From Planctomycetota bacterium (GTDB lineage Bacteria; Planctomycetota; SZUA-567; JAFGNG01), in contig JAFGNG010000085.1 in assembly GCA_016927125.1 (NCBI GenBank), forward strand, positions 1-33,919: 33,919 bases of DNA. Direction: 5' to 3'. Position 1 is the stretch's first letter. The number at the start of each line of letters is the position of its first letter. The notes beneath the pieces were generated by a model. The model did not search any database and was not told the DNA's origin. It worked only from the letters and a program-made list of their open reading frames with translations. Position numbers and translations under genes: made by a program. Below are positions 1 to 9,767 of the stretch, piece after piece.

Positions 1-1
1 A

Positions 2-931
2 ACCAAGGATTTGAAAAGACAAGCTGAGTTAATTTGGAGCGAGTTTACTGCTAAGGCAATTGTCTTTTTTGCTGTGATTTACCTACTCCATATATCTGTG
101 ATCAAAGCATCTAATCAAGAATCCAATAACTTAGGGATTATGCTGTTAGGTTACATCATTGTTATGGGAATAATCGTTCCTTCTTTATTCTGGACAGGAA
201 TATACAAGAATTCCTTGCTGGACAGATTATTCGGATGGCTAACCCTGCTATGCATTTATATAAACCTCTACCTGAGTGCCTCGCGCATGGCGCTGGCGCT
301 GGCTTTACTCATTCCTTTCTGCATCGCACTTTGGAAATTTCGGAAGCATTGGCTGCGTTGCCTGCTCATCACGGGTATTTTGATTGGAGCTATTGGCGGA
401 GCCGCATTCCTGCGCCGGAGTGAGCACTTCTCCCTTGATAAAATCAAGCTTGATCTCAAGGTCAGGCGGTTTATCTGGCAGGGCGCGGAAGAGATATTCT
501 TAGAACATCCAATGCTCGGTTGTGGGTACGGCACCAAGTCATTCCATCGCAACTGGCCGTTCGAGCCGCCTTATAGTCCTGAGCTACAGGATTTCCAGCA
601 TATCTTCAGTCATGCACATAACCTCTGGTGGCATTTGCTGGCGACGCAGGGGGTGGTGGGATTCCTAGCCTTTAATGCCTTATGGGTGGCAGTGGTGTAT
701 TATCTAACCAAACCTGTCCGCAGAAACCTGCCGCCGACAGAAGCAGGCACCCAGCCTGCCTATGCTACAGTCTTCAATACCCCGGTGTTGTTTATCTCCC
801 TTCTCGGGATGCTGATCCTGCAGTTCAACGGCATTCTAACCCTGCCCCTGCAGGGTTGTAATGAGATTCTTTATTGGCTGGTAGCAGGCCTTGGACTCGC
901 GGGATTGAAGCTCTCTGCCGATAATAAGTAG
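2..931 (+). CDS. O-antigen ligase/polymerase-family (Wzy_C-type) polytopic membrane protein; the 5' end probably lies outside the window
   Basis: The frame is open from nt 2, with no in-frame stop before the TTG at 11. Several hydrophobic helices are followed by the loop motif FSHAHNLWWHLLATQGVVGF (H-x-H-N...G-x-x-G), typical of WaaL/Wzy_C proteins. Stop TAG is at 929-931. Confidence 0.7.
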   Translation, partial: TKDLKRQAELIWSEFTAKAIVFFAVIYLLHISVIKASNQESNNLGIMLLGYIIVMGIIVPSLFWTGIYKNSLLDRLFGWLTLLCIYINLYLSASRMALALALLIPFCIALWKFRKHWLRCLLITGILIGAIGGAAFLRRSEHFSLDKIKLDLKVRRFIWQGAEEIFLEHPMLGCGYGTKSFHRNWPFEPPYSPELQDFQHIFSHAHNLWWHLLATQGVVGFLAFNALWVAVVYYLTKPVRRNLPPTEAGTQPAYATVFNTPVLFISLLGMLILQFNGILTLPLQGCNEILYWLVAGLGLAGLKLSADNK

Positions 932-952
932 ATGTGTTTAAAGGAATTTAGT

Positions 953-2110
953 ATGCGCGAACTGATTCTCGGCATAGACGCGTCCAACATCCGCGCGGGC
1001 GGGGGATTAACCCACCTGCGACAAACCCTTGAGGCTGCCCAGCCGGACAAGCACGGCATCGGGACAGTGATTGTCTGGAGCGGGAGCCAGACCCTGCGCG
1101 TCCTGCCGGAGCGTGACTGGCTCATTAAGACCGCGGTTCCCATGCTGGATGGCCCATTGCCGATGCGGCTCCTCTGGCAGCAGTTGCTCCTGCCGTACTG
1201 CCTGCGAGAAAGCGGCTGTGACATCCTCTTCAGCCCGGGCGGGACCTTGCCACGTTGTATTAAAATCCCGGCTGTAGTAATGCCGCAAAACCTCCTTGTT
1301 TTTGATGAGATTGAAGCGGACCGTTACAAGCCAAATAGCTTCATGCGTTACCGCCTACGCTTGTTGCACCGTTCCCAGAGCAAATCCTTGAGGCGCGCTA
1401 ACGGGATTGTCTTCCTGACTGAGTTCGCGAAGAAGGCCATTATACCTTCTTGGCATAATCCTGAAGCTCAGAGCGTGATTGTGCCCCATGGAATTGAGGA
1501 ACGCTTCTTTGCCGCTCCGCGGAAGGCCAGAGAATTCTCCGAGTGTTCGGAAGAGAATCCCTTCCACTTGCTGTATGTAAGCATTATAGATGTATACAAG
1601 CACCAGTGGCATGTGGCGGAAGCAGTGGCAGAACTTAGGAAAGAAGGCATCCCGGTTGAGATTTCATTTGTCGGCCCCGCTTACGAACCTGCTCTTAAAC
1701 GTTTACAGGCTGCCATCGCAAAGCTCGATCCGCAGGGGAAGTTTCTGCATTACCCCGGACCGCTGCCATTTGAGGAACTTCATGCGGCTTACCAACAGGC
1801 GGATGCATTTGCCTTTGCCTCCAGTTGCGAGAACCTGCCGATTATCCTGCTGGAAGCCATGGCCTCAGGGTTACCGATTGCCTGCAGTAAGCGCGGGCCA
1901 ATGCCGGGGGTCCTGGGGAAGGCCGGGGAGTATTTCGATCCTGAAAGCCCGGAAGAGATCACTACTGCCTTGCAGCGTCTGATCATGTCCCCTGAACTAC
2001 GCGAAAAGCTGGCACAGGTATCTTACCAGAAGGCGCGTGGTTATACCTGGGAGAAATGTGCCGACGGTCTTTTTGCGTTTCTCAGCAGAATTGCCAGAAA
2101 GAAGGATTAA
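953..2110 (+). CDS. Glycosyltransferase family 4 (GT-B, Glycos_transf_1 type)
   Basis: C-terminal GT4 signature ...NLPIILLEAMASGLPIACSKRGPMPGVLGKAGEYFDPESPEEI. I prefer the ATG at 953 (MRELILGIDAS) because AAGGA at 941-945 lies 7 nt upstream. The alternative ATG at 932 abuts the previous stop. Confidence 0.85.
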   Translation: MRELILGIDASNIRAGGGLTHLRQTLEAAQPDKHGIGTVIVWSGSQTLRVLPERDWLIKTAVPMLDGPLPMRLLWQQLLLPYCLRESGCDILFSPGGTLPRCIKIPAVVMPQNLLVFDEIEADRYKPNSFMRYRLRLLHRSQSKSLRRANGIVFLTEFAKKAIIPSWHNPEAQSVIVPHGIEERFFAAPRKAREFSECSEENPFHLLYVSIIDVYKHQWHVAEAVAELRKEGIPVEISFVGPAYEPALKRLQAAIAKLDPQGKFLHYPGPLPFEELHAAYQQADAFAFASSCENLPIILLEAMASGLPIACSKRGPMPGVLGKAGEYFDPESPEEITTALQRLIMSPELREKLAQVSYQKARGYTWEKCADGLFAFLSRIARKKD

Positions 2111-2116
2111 TTACGT

Positions 2117-4033
2117 ATGTGCGGGATAGCCGGATTCGCAGGACAATTTGAGCCTGAACTCCTTGGGCGCATGAGCATGGCGATGGCGCACCGGGGGCCG
2201 GATGATGAAGGCAAGTGGCATGACCCCGAAGCCGCTATTGGGCTCTGTCACCGACGGTTGTCAATTATTGATCTTTCCCCCTGTGGACATCAACCAATGT
2301 GGGATGCAACCCGTCGGGCGGTGATAGCTTATAATGGCGAACTGTATAATTATCGTGAACTCCGCGAAGAATTAATTAAAAGTGGCTATAAATTTCAGAG
2401 TAAGTCAGACACCGAGGTGTTCCTGAATCTCTACCTACGTGACGGTGTGGCGATGTTGACAAAGCTGAACGGCATCTTCGCCTTTGCGATCTGGGACACA
2501 AAGGATAAGTCGCTCTTCCTTGCCCGGGACGGCGTCGGCGTTAAACCACTTTATATTTCGCAAACTCCGAAGGGCTTTATCTTTGCCAGTGAGATTAAGA
2601 GCCTGCTGCAAAGCAATGATGTCAACCGAAACCTCAGTCCTGAGGCAATTCACTATCATTTATCCTATCTTTGGAGCCCAGCGCCCACCACCATCCTGAA
2701 AGATGTTGAAAAGTTGGAGCCGGGATACGCCTTGATTGTAAAGCACTGCAAGGTTACTAAGAAATGGTGTTTCTATGACCTCCCATATGATCAAGAGATT
2801 ATTCCCATAACTGTCAAGGAAGCCGAAGAAGAACTCCGGGAAAGGCTTAACCAGGCGGTCAAGCGACAAATGGTGGCGGATGTCCCGGTCGGCGCCTTTC
2901 TTTCCGGCGGGCTTGATTCCAGCGCGGTAGTGGCAATGGCACGAAAATATACCGACGCGGAAAAGCTGCAATGCTTTACGATTGGCTTCAAGGATAATGC
3001 CGGGAAGTGGGAGGGCTTTGCCGAAGACCTTCCTTATGCTGAACGGGTGGCAAAGCATCTGGGGGTGGATCTCCACACCATCAAGGTCGGGCCGGAGATG
3101 TCAAATAAGTTACCGGAGATGCTTTATCACCTGGATGAACCGCAGGCAGATCCCGCGCCGATTAACGCCCTCTTTATCAGCCAGCTTGCGAGGGAACATA
3201 ATATCAAGGTCTTGCTCTCTGGAGCGGGCGGGGACGATATCTTTACCGGTTACCGGCGGCACCATGCCTTGCTGCTGGAACGTTACTGGCGATGGTTGCC
3301 GAAAAAGGTTCGCGCCATGATGAGCAGGATAGCTGGTAAGATCCCCCAGGGTGGCTACATATCCCGGCGGTTTGCAAAAGCATTCCAGTACGCGGATCTA
3401 GACGCGGATGACCGCCTGGCCAGTTATTTCCGCTGGCTGACTCCCTCCATACAACAACAATTATATAGCAAGGAGATGGCGCGCCAACTTGCTTCTCGGG
3501 ATATTCAGGACCCCTTGGTGAAGTCATTGTCTCGGCTGCCGGAGAGTACCTCGGCTTTAAACCGGATGCTCTACCTTGAGGGCAAGCATTTCCTGCCGGA
3601 TCACAACTTGAACTACACCGACAAGATGAGCATGGCCTGCGGAGTTGAGGTGCGAGTGCCGCTTTTAGACCCGGAATTGGTGTCCTGGACTTCCCGATTA
3701 CCGTTGAGATTTAAACAGAGGGGAAGCTGCGGTAAATGGATATTTAAAAGAGCGATGGAACCGCTTTTACCTCGCGAAGTTATCTATCGTCCGAAGACCG
3801 GCTTTGGCGCGCCACTCAGGAGGTGGCTGCGCGACGAACTGCGGGAAATAGTAATAGATACTCTTTCGGAAAGAGCGCTCAATAACCGGGGGATTTTTAA
3901 CCCCGCAGCAGTCAATAAGTTATTGCACAATGATCGCACCGGCAGGATCGATGCGGCCTATCCGATCTTCCAGATGGTTTGCATTGAATTGTGGTGCCGC
4001 ATCTTTATTGATCAAAAGGTCCCGGCAATCTAA
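2117..4033 (+). CDS. asnB: Asparagine synthase (glutamine-hydrolysing) family amidotransferase embedded in a polysaccharide locus (WbpG/WbpS-like context)
   Basis: N-terminal MCGIAGF (Ntn Cys2 nucleophile, nt 2120-2122). PP-loop SGGLDSS at nt 2903-2923. 638 aa, the typical AsnB-family length. Confidence 0.9.
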   Translation: MCGIAGFAGQFEPELLGRMSMAMAHRGPDDEGKWHDPEAAIGLCHRRLSIIDLSPCGHQPMWDATRRAVIAYNGELYNYRELREELIKSGYKFQSKSDTEVFLNLYLRDGVAMLTKLNGIFAFAIWDTKDKSLFLARDGVGVKPLYISQTPKGFIFASEIKSLLQSNDVNRNLSPEAIHYHLSYLWSPAPTTILKDVEKLEPGYALIVKHCKVTKKWCFYDLPYDQEIIPITVKEAEEELRERLNQAVKRQMVADVPVGAFLSGGLDSSAVVAMARKYTDAEKLQCFTIGFKDNAGKWEGFAEDLPYAERVAKHLGVDLHTIKVGPEMSNKLPEMLYHLDEPQADPAPINALFISQLAREHNIKVLLSGAGGDDIFTGYRRHHALLLERYWRWLPKKVRAMMSRIAGKIPQGGYISRRFAKAFQYADLDADDRLASYFRWLTPSIQQQLYSKEMARQLASRDIQDPLVKSLSRLPESTSALNRMLYLEGKHFLPDHNLNYTDKMSMACGVEVRVPLLDPELVSWTSRLPLRFKQRGSCGKWIFKRAMEPLLPREVIYRPKTGFGAPLRRWLRDELREIVIDTLSERALNNRGIFNPAAVNKLLHNDRTGRIDAAYPIFQMVCIELWCRIFIDQKVPAI

Positions 4034-4065
4034 GGGATAGCTAAAAGTCAGCGGAGGGAATTTAC

Positions 4066-4542
4066 TTGAGCAAGAAAAACCGCCGTTGGCTGATTATCTG
4101 TATAATTCTCTTCCTGCCCTGGCTGATTCGAGCGCCGCGCAATCTCCAGAAGAATATCGACAAGCTCGAACTCCCCCTTACCTGGCAAATGACCCCAACG
4201 GAAAGAAAGATCCACTTCCTTAAAGCACAGATGGAAGAGCTGGGCGATGATTATTTCGCTATGCTACTCGCGGCCGACCGTTACCGCGAGGGCAGGCGGA
4301 TCTCCTTCAGGGTGAATATGCCTGAGAACCTGACTGAAGCAGAGAAAATTGATATGATGCTTTATCGTGGCTTTGCCCCGAAGTATGCATCATACTGGCT
4401 CAGTCCCTGCCGACCGCCAGCACCAGGCAAGCAAGCCGATTTGGAGCTTTACTACCGCTGCGAACCTCCCAAGGATAATGGCAGGATAGTAGAGATAATT
4501 CCCTCCACCCCGTCTTCCTACCTAGTGGAGACTGCCCCATGA
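4066..4542 (+). CDS. Hypothetical protein with a single N-terminal membrane anchor
   Basis: TTG start 7 nt downstream of GGAGGG (4053-4058). N-terminal KKNRRWLIICIILFLPWLI anchor. The stop overlaps the next start (ATGA at 4539-4542). I recognise no family. Confidence 0.55.
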   Translation: MSKKNRRWLIICIILFLPWLIRAPRNLQKNIDKLELPLTWQMTPTERKIHFLKAQMEELGDDYFAMLLAADRYREGRRISFRVNMPENLTEAEKIDMMLYRGFAPKYASYWLSPCRPPAPGKQADLELYYRCEPPKDNGRIVEIIPSTPSSYLVETAP

Positions 4543-5990
4543 CCCCGGTGGTTGCTTTCCTCACCTACGCCTTGCTGGTTTACCTGCTGGGACTGGGATT
4601 CCTGGGAATTATCTCCCGGCGTGAGTCTATGGATACGATTTTAAAGCATGCGCTTGCCTTCCCCGTGGGGATGGGTTTTGTTCTCATTATCAGCCTGGGA
4701 AGCCTGCTGCTGGGCTATCTTATCAACTGGCCAACCATGCTGATAGTGGCGGTTATTATGCTAATAATTGCCAACCTCAGACGAGGAAGTAAAATTGATA
4801 GTTCGATATTAAAAGAATGTTCTAATAAAAAGTCTGTAGACAATCTGCGCTGGTACGAATGGATACTTTCAATCTTTATTATTATTGAATCAGGCTATCT
4901 CCTCTTTGCAACCTTCTGGCGACCGGTTTGCCGTAATGATGACTGGGTGCAGTGGGCGGGCAATGCCAAGTATTTGTTTTTTCAAGGGTTGACCGACAAG
5001 AGTTACTTTGCCGAGAACCTGCGCAGCAACTACCCGCTCTTTATTGCCTCTAATGAAGTTACTTTCAGTAAGCTGCTTGGAGAGTGGAGTGATTTTGCCT
5101 GTAAATCATTCCTGGTCTTGTTGGTCCTGAGCTTCGCGCTCTTTCTCTATCGTTATCTTTGTAAACAATATAGCCGAACCCTCGCTCTGGCCTTTACCTT
5201 TGTCTTTATAACGTTGCCGTTTTATGGCGAGGTAGCCAAGGACGGCACCGGGGAAATCCCGGCTTCGCTCTATCTTGTCTTGACCGGCATCTTCATGCTA
5301 TCATTTATACAGGAACAGAAAATCTACCAACTAATTCTGGCCGCCTTCTTCGGGGGGGTGCTTTGCGGAGTAAAGGCGGAGGGAGTAGCCGCACTGGTGG
5401 CATTAACCACCGTCTTTATCTTTATGCTAATGAGGAGTAAAAGCCGTTGGCTGGTCCCGGGCCTTTGTATCCTGGTTTTCGCATTGCTCTTTACCATGCC
5501 GTGGCGGTCCCTGCAAGAGCAGGGGGAGTGCAAGCAGTCCCGGATCAGTTTTTTCAGCGATCCGGAGGAGGAGTCCCACGTGGATTTAAAATGGCTGGCC
5601 CAGACGCAGAGTTACCTGGAAATCTCAAAAACCTTTCTAGATTATGCCATACCACTGGACAGTAAAATAAAACGGTCGGTTTGGGTATTTGGGGCGTACT
5701 TCTATCTAGCCCTGGCATATTGGCTCGTGTGGGGACGCAAGGATAAGGAATCTTTGGGCCTCTTATTGATGATTGCGGCGGTGGCGTTGATCTACGCTTT
5801 TGCCGCCTATACCACGCGCTGGCCCTCTGAACTTCGCCGACTGTTGACACACACTATCGGTTTAGACATACTTTTTATTGTAAGACAGGTTGCCTTGGCT
5901 ACCGGCTGCACGCGGCCGGAGAGGGAAATTAGTAGCGAAATTCCAAATAATGGCGGGTTAATCCATGAAACAGGTTTTTCAAAGTCTTAA
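4539..5990 (+). CDS. Polytopic integral membrane protein, GT-C-like glycosyltransferase or polymerase candidate
   Basis: About 11-12 hydrophobic helices across 483 aa. A loop motif RSNYPLFIASNE resembles the (H/Y)PPL loop of ArnT/PMT-type GT-C enzymes. Translationally coupled to the upstream gene. The family assignment is tentative. Confidence 0.65.
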   Translation: MTPVVAFLTYALLVYLLGLGFLGIISRRESMDTILKHALAFPVGMGFVLIISLGSLLLGYLINWPTMLIVAVIMLIIANLRRGSKIDSSILKECSNKKSVDNLRWYEWILSIFIIIESGYLLFATFWRPVCRNDDWVQWAGNAKYLFFQGLTDKSYFAENLRSNYPLFIASNEVTFSKLLGEWSDFACKSFLVLLVLSFALFLYRYLCKQYSRTLALAFTFVFITLPFYGEVAKDGTGEIPASLYLVLTGIFMLSFIQEQKIYQLILAAFFGGVLCGVKAEGVAALVALTTVFIFMLMRSKSRWLVPGLCILVFALLFTMPWRSLQEQGECKQSRISFFSDPEEESHVDLKWLAQTQSYLEISKTFLDYAIPLDSKIKRSVWVFGAYFYLALAYWLVWGRKDKESLGLLLMIAAVALIYAFAAYTTRWPSELRRLLTHTIGLDILFIVRQVALATGCTRPEREISSEIPNNGGLIHETGFSKS

Positions 5991-8109
5991 AACCGGCGAA
6001 ACAAGTTTAACCGATGTGCCTGCCCCGCAGGTCAAGCCTGGGCATGTACTGATTCGAACCCGGAACAGCCTGATCTCTGCTGGCACTGAGAGGATGCTGG
6101 TTGAGTTCGGCAAGGCCAATCTCCTGGACAAGGCACGGCAGCAACCGGAAAAGGTTTTGCAGATGCTGGACAAAATCCGCACCGACGGCCTTTTGCCAAC
6201 CCTTGACGCGGTGAAGAGCAAGCTGGACAGTCCCTTGCCGCTGGGGTACTGCAACGCGGGCGTGGTGATCGGCGTAGGCGAGGGCGTGGAGGGGATCAAG
6301 CCCGGCGACCGGGTTGCCTCAAACGGCCCTCATGCTGAGATAGTTTGTGTGCCTAAAAACCTCTGTGCTAAGATTCCCGGAGATGTTGATGACGAAGCCG
6401 CCGCCTTTACCGTTGCCGGGGCGATTGCGCTCCAGAGCGTACGCCTTGCCAAACCGGAATTGGGCGAAACCATTGTTGTCACTGGCTTAGGATTGATCGG
6501 CCTGCTGGTCGTGCAGCTCTTGCGGGCCAGTGGTTGCCGGGTGTTGGCGATAGATTTTAATGATGCCAGGCTTTCACTGGCAGGGAATTTCGGTGCTGAA
6601 GTCATCAAGTTGACGGAAACAGACAGCCCGATTAACGCGGCTATGCAATTCTCAAGAGGGTTGGGCGTAGACGCGGTGATTATCGCTGCCAGCACCAAGA
6701 GCAGTAAGCCTCTGCAACAGGCTGCCGAGATGTGCCGCGTCCGCGGGCGGGTAGTGTTGGTCGGGGCGGTGGGCATGGAACTGAAACGCGAGCCGCTCTA
6801 CCAGAAAGAAATTACTGTCCAGGTGTCTTGCTCTTACGGCCCCGGCAGGTATGACCCGTCTTATGAAGAGGAAGGCAATGATTACCCCCTTGGCTATGTG
6901 CGCTGGACCGAGCAGAGAAACCTGGAAGCATTCTTGTTAATGCTGGCGCAAAAGAGAGTGGATATAACTCCCCTCATAACCCATCGCTATGCACTTGAGA
7001 AAACTCATGAGGCGTATAAGACTCTGACTGATGATAATTCCGCACTTGGAATCCTGCTGCAGTATCCCGTGGTTGAGTCCGAGGAAGTGTTACCAAGCAA
7101 GATCTCAATGCCAAACGCTTCAGCTATTTCTATGCACAAGGCTACGAAAGAGAATGTGCCGACACTTGGCTGGATTGGCGCAGGCAACTATGCCCAGCGG
7201 ATCCTCTTACCGGCTTTTGACAAGGTACCAAATAGCTTTCTTAAGACAATTGTCTCGCGCGGTGGCGATGATGCCGCGCTGGCCGGTAAAAAATACGGAT
7301 TCCATGAAGCCACCACCGAGGTGGATGATATCTTCAAGGATGAAGAGATTGATGCTGTGGTCATTACTACCCGCCATGACAGCCACGCGGAGCTGGTCTG
7401 CAAGGCGTTACGCGCGGGCAAGCATGTCTTTGTGGAAAAACCCCTGGCAATCACTCCTGAGGGCTTGAATGAAATCAAGGCTGCTTATGAAGACAGCAAG
7501 AAAAAACCCTTGCTCATGGCTGGTTTTAACCGCCGCTTTGCCCCCCAGATCATTAAAATTAAAAAATGCCTTGCTAATGAGAAAGCCCCGAAGGCAATGG
7601 TAGCCACTATGAATGCCGGAAAGTTGCCCAGCAACCATTGGCTCTTGAATCCCGATATTGGGGGAGGGCGGATTCTCGGTGAAGCCTGCCATTATATTGA
7701 TCTTTTAAGATTCCTTGCCGGTACGGAAATGGTTTCAGTAAAGGCGACTCCCCTGGGAGATAACTCCTCCTCACTCTGCCAAAGCGCGACTATTATCCTC
7801 TCATTCGCGGATGGTTCTATTGGCACGCTGCATTACCTGGCTAACGGCCATGGGTTACTACCGAAGGAGCGGCTTGAGGTTTTCTGTGGAGGGAAGGTCT
7901 TCCAGCTTGACAATTATCGACGTCTGCGCGGTTACGGGGTTCCTGGCTTCAAGAAGATGAATCTCTGGCGGCAGGATAAAGGGCAGGGTAATTGCGCGAA
8001 AGAATTCGTGCAAGCGATAGTCGATGGTAAAGAATCCCCGATTCCCTACCAAGAACTGATCGAAGTGGCTGAGGTCACTTTCAAAGCGCTGGAGGAGCTA
8101 CGCCGGTGA
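5965..8109 (+). CDS. Bi-domain oxidoreductase: N-terminal Zn-ADH/MDR-like domain fused to a C-terminal Gfo/Idh/MocA domain
   Basis: N-terminus MKQVFQSLKTGETSLTDVPAP and the MDR Rossmann motif VVTGLGLIGLLVVQLL. A second Rossmann motif GWIGAGNYAQRILLPAF and VFVEKPLA (the EKP motif of Gfo/Idh/MocA). The 5' end overlaps the previous gene by 26 nt. Confidence 0.85.
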   Translation: MKQVFQSLKTGETSLTDVPAPQVKPGHVLIRTRNSLISAGTERMLVEFGKANLLDKARQQPEKVLQMLDKIRTDGLLPTLDAVKSKLDSPLPLGYCNAGVVIGVGEGVEGIKPGDRVASNGPHAEIVCVPKNLCAKIPGDVDDEAAAFTVAGAIALQSVRLAKPELGETIVVTGLGLIGLLVVQLLRASGCRVLAIDFNDARLSLAGNFGAEVIKLTETDSPINAAMQFSRGLGVDAVIIAASTKSSKPLQQAAEMCRVRGRVVLVGAVGMELKREPLYQKEITVQVSCSYGPGRYDPSYEEEGNDYPLGYVRWTEQRNLEAFLLMLAQKRVDITPLITHRYALEKTHEAYKTLTDDNSALGILLQYPVVESEEVLPSKISMPNASAISMHKATKENVPTLGWIGAGNYAQRILLPAFDKVPNSFLKTIVSRGGDDAALAGKKYGFHEATTEVDDIFKDEEIDAVVITTRHDSHAELVCKALRAGKHVFVEKPLAITPEGLNEIKAAYEDSKKKPLLMAGFNRRFAPQIIKIKKCLANEKAPKAMVATMNAGKLPSNHWLLNPDIGGGRILGEACHYIDLLRFLAGTEMVSVKATPLGDNSSSLCQSATIILSFADGSIGTLHYLANGHGLLPKERLEVFCGGKVFQLDNYRRLRGYGVPGFKKMNLWRQDKGQGNCAKEFVQAIVDGKESPIPYQELIEVAEVTFKALEELRR

Positions 8110-9743
8110 GCTGGCTGCGGATGTATCACACCCTCCGCTACTTGAAGCCTGTACAGATATATGGGCGCTTGCTGCGGCACCTACCCCGTAGCGGCACCAA
8201 AGTGCGACCGGTGCCTTCCACCCGCCAACCGGTAGCAAGTTGGACTCAACCTGGAAAATACCATCCCACGATGAGCGGCTCGGACCGCTTTTTTCTTTTG
8301 AATGAAGAACATGAGGTTAAGACCAGCCAGGACTGGTCAAATGTGAAGCGCGACCGGCTTTGGCTTTATAACCTGCATTATTTTGATGATCTGAATGCCG
8401 ACGGCGCTGCGGAACGGTTGAAGTGGCATGAGGTGTATATGACCCGCTGGATTAAGGAAAATCCCACTGGCAACGGGCCGGGGTGGGAGCCATACCCAAT
8501 CTCGCGTAGAATCGTCAACTGGATCAAATGGCAACTGGCGGGAAATTCCTTGAAGAATGAAGCCCTACAGAGCCTCGCCCAACAGGCGCGCTATCTAACC
8601 CGGAGGGTTGAATGGCATTTGCTTGGCAATCATATCCTGGCCAACGCCAAGGCCTTGCTCTTTGCTGGGATCTTCTTTCAAGGGAAGGAAGCGGATGCCT
8701 GGCTGCGGCAAGGGTTAGCCATCCTCCACGATGAAGTCCAGGAGCAGGTACTGGCTGATGGCGGGCATTTCGAGCTCAGCCCGATGTACCATGCCATTGT
8801 CCTCGAAGATCTCTTGGACATTCTGAACCTGCTGCGCAGCTATGGTTATGAAGAGTGTTTTGAATGGGATGAAGATTTGTCAGCCATGCTCAGATGGCTT
8901 GAAACCATGTGCCATCCAGACGGGGAGATCGTTCTCTTTAATGATGCGGCCTTCGGGATGGCTTTACCACCCCAGGCACTTTTTGAATATGCTGAAAGAT
9001 TGGAGGTGGAGAAGGACACTATCTCCCTGCCGGAGATGACCTGCCTGGAAGACAGCGGGTATATTCGGCTGCAGCATGGCGGCGCCAATGCCTTTCTGGA
9101 TCTTGCCCCGCTCGGGCCGGATTACCTCCCCGCGCATGGCCACGCCGATACCTTTACCTTTGAACTTTCAGTGCGTGGACAGAGGATGCTGGTGGACAGC
9201 GGCACCTCCTGTTACGGCCAGAGCGCTGAGCGTTTGCGCCAGAGAGGAACGGCTGCGCATAATACACTTACTATCGACGGAGAGGATTCGTCCGAGGTTT
9301 GGGGCGGTTTCCGCGTAGCCAGGCGGGCACGAGTCGGGGATGTGCTGCTCGATTCAAATATAGATACAAGCAAGATTCAGGCTTCGCATGATGGTTATCT
9401 GCGCCTGAGGGGTGTTGGCCTCCATACCCGCAAATGGGAAATGACCAGGAAATCCCTAAAGATTTGCGATGAAATGGAAGGTACTGGCAGCCATAAGATT
9501 GAGCTGGGCTTTCTGGTCCATCCTGAAATCTCCGTCGCCCAGGCAGGCGCGCACCATTTTGAATTGAAGGATGATAATGGCAAGGTAATCGCCACTATTT
9601 ATACAGATGTCGCAATGGCAGCCGCATTGCAGGAACGCACTTATCATCCGGAGTTTGGGTTGTGGTTAAAGACTACCGGGATTTCGGCAAAGAGCGAGGT
9701 CGAATTGCCCGCAAGCTTCAACTCTGAAATCATCTGGGAATAA
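8106..9743 (+). CDS. Heparinase II/III-like family protein, predicted cytoplasmic (no signal peptide)
   Basis: GTG start overlaps the upstream TGA (GTGA at 8106-8109). N-terminus YHTLRYLKPVQIYGRLL. C-terminal-domain motif LPAHGHADTFTFEL (nt ~9134-9166), typical of the Hepar_II_III family. Confidence 0.85.
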   Translation: MSWLRMYHTLRYLKPVQIYGRLLRHLPRSGTKVRPVPSTRQPVASWTQPGKYHPTMSGSDRFFLLNEEHEVKTSQDWSNVKRDRLWLYNLHYFDDLNADGAAERLKWHEVYMTRWIKENPTGNGPGWEPYPISRRIVNWIKWQLAGNSLKNEALQSLAQQARYLTRRVEWHLLGNHILANAKALLFAGIFFQGKEADAWLRQGLAILHDEVQEQVLADGGHFELSPMYHAIVLEDLLDILNLLRSYGYEECFEWDEDLSAMLRWLETMCHPDGEIVLFNDAAFGMALPPQALFEYAERLEVEKDTISLPEMTCLEDSGYIRLQHGGANAFLDLAPLGPDYLPAHGHADTFTFELSVRGQRMLVDSGTSCYGQSAERLRQRGTAAHNTLTIDGEDSSEVWGGFRVARRARVGDVLLDSNIDTSKIQASHDGYLRLRGVGLHTRKWEMTRKSLKICDEMEGTGSHKIELGFLVHPEISVAQAGAHHFELKDDNGKVIATIYTDVAMAAALQERTYHPEFGLWLKTTGISAKSEVELPASFNSEIIWE

Positions 9744-9767
9744 TTATTAGGAATAAAGGCAGCGAAG

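Noticed and set aside
6330-6776. Minus-strand ORFs of ~145-155 aa (this one, plus 11545-12009, 17585-18037, 18849-19307 and 23585-24034) and plus-strand out-of-frame ORFs (for example 1590-1982 and 7031-7468).
   Set aside because: Each is fully embedded in a confidently identified gene with family motifs. Their translations are Arg/Ser/Pro/Ala-rich, as is typical of off-frame reads of moderately GC-rich coding DNA.
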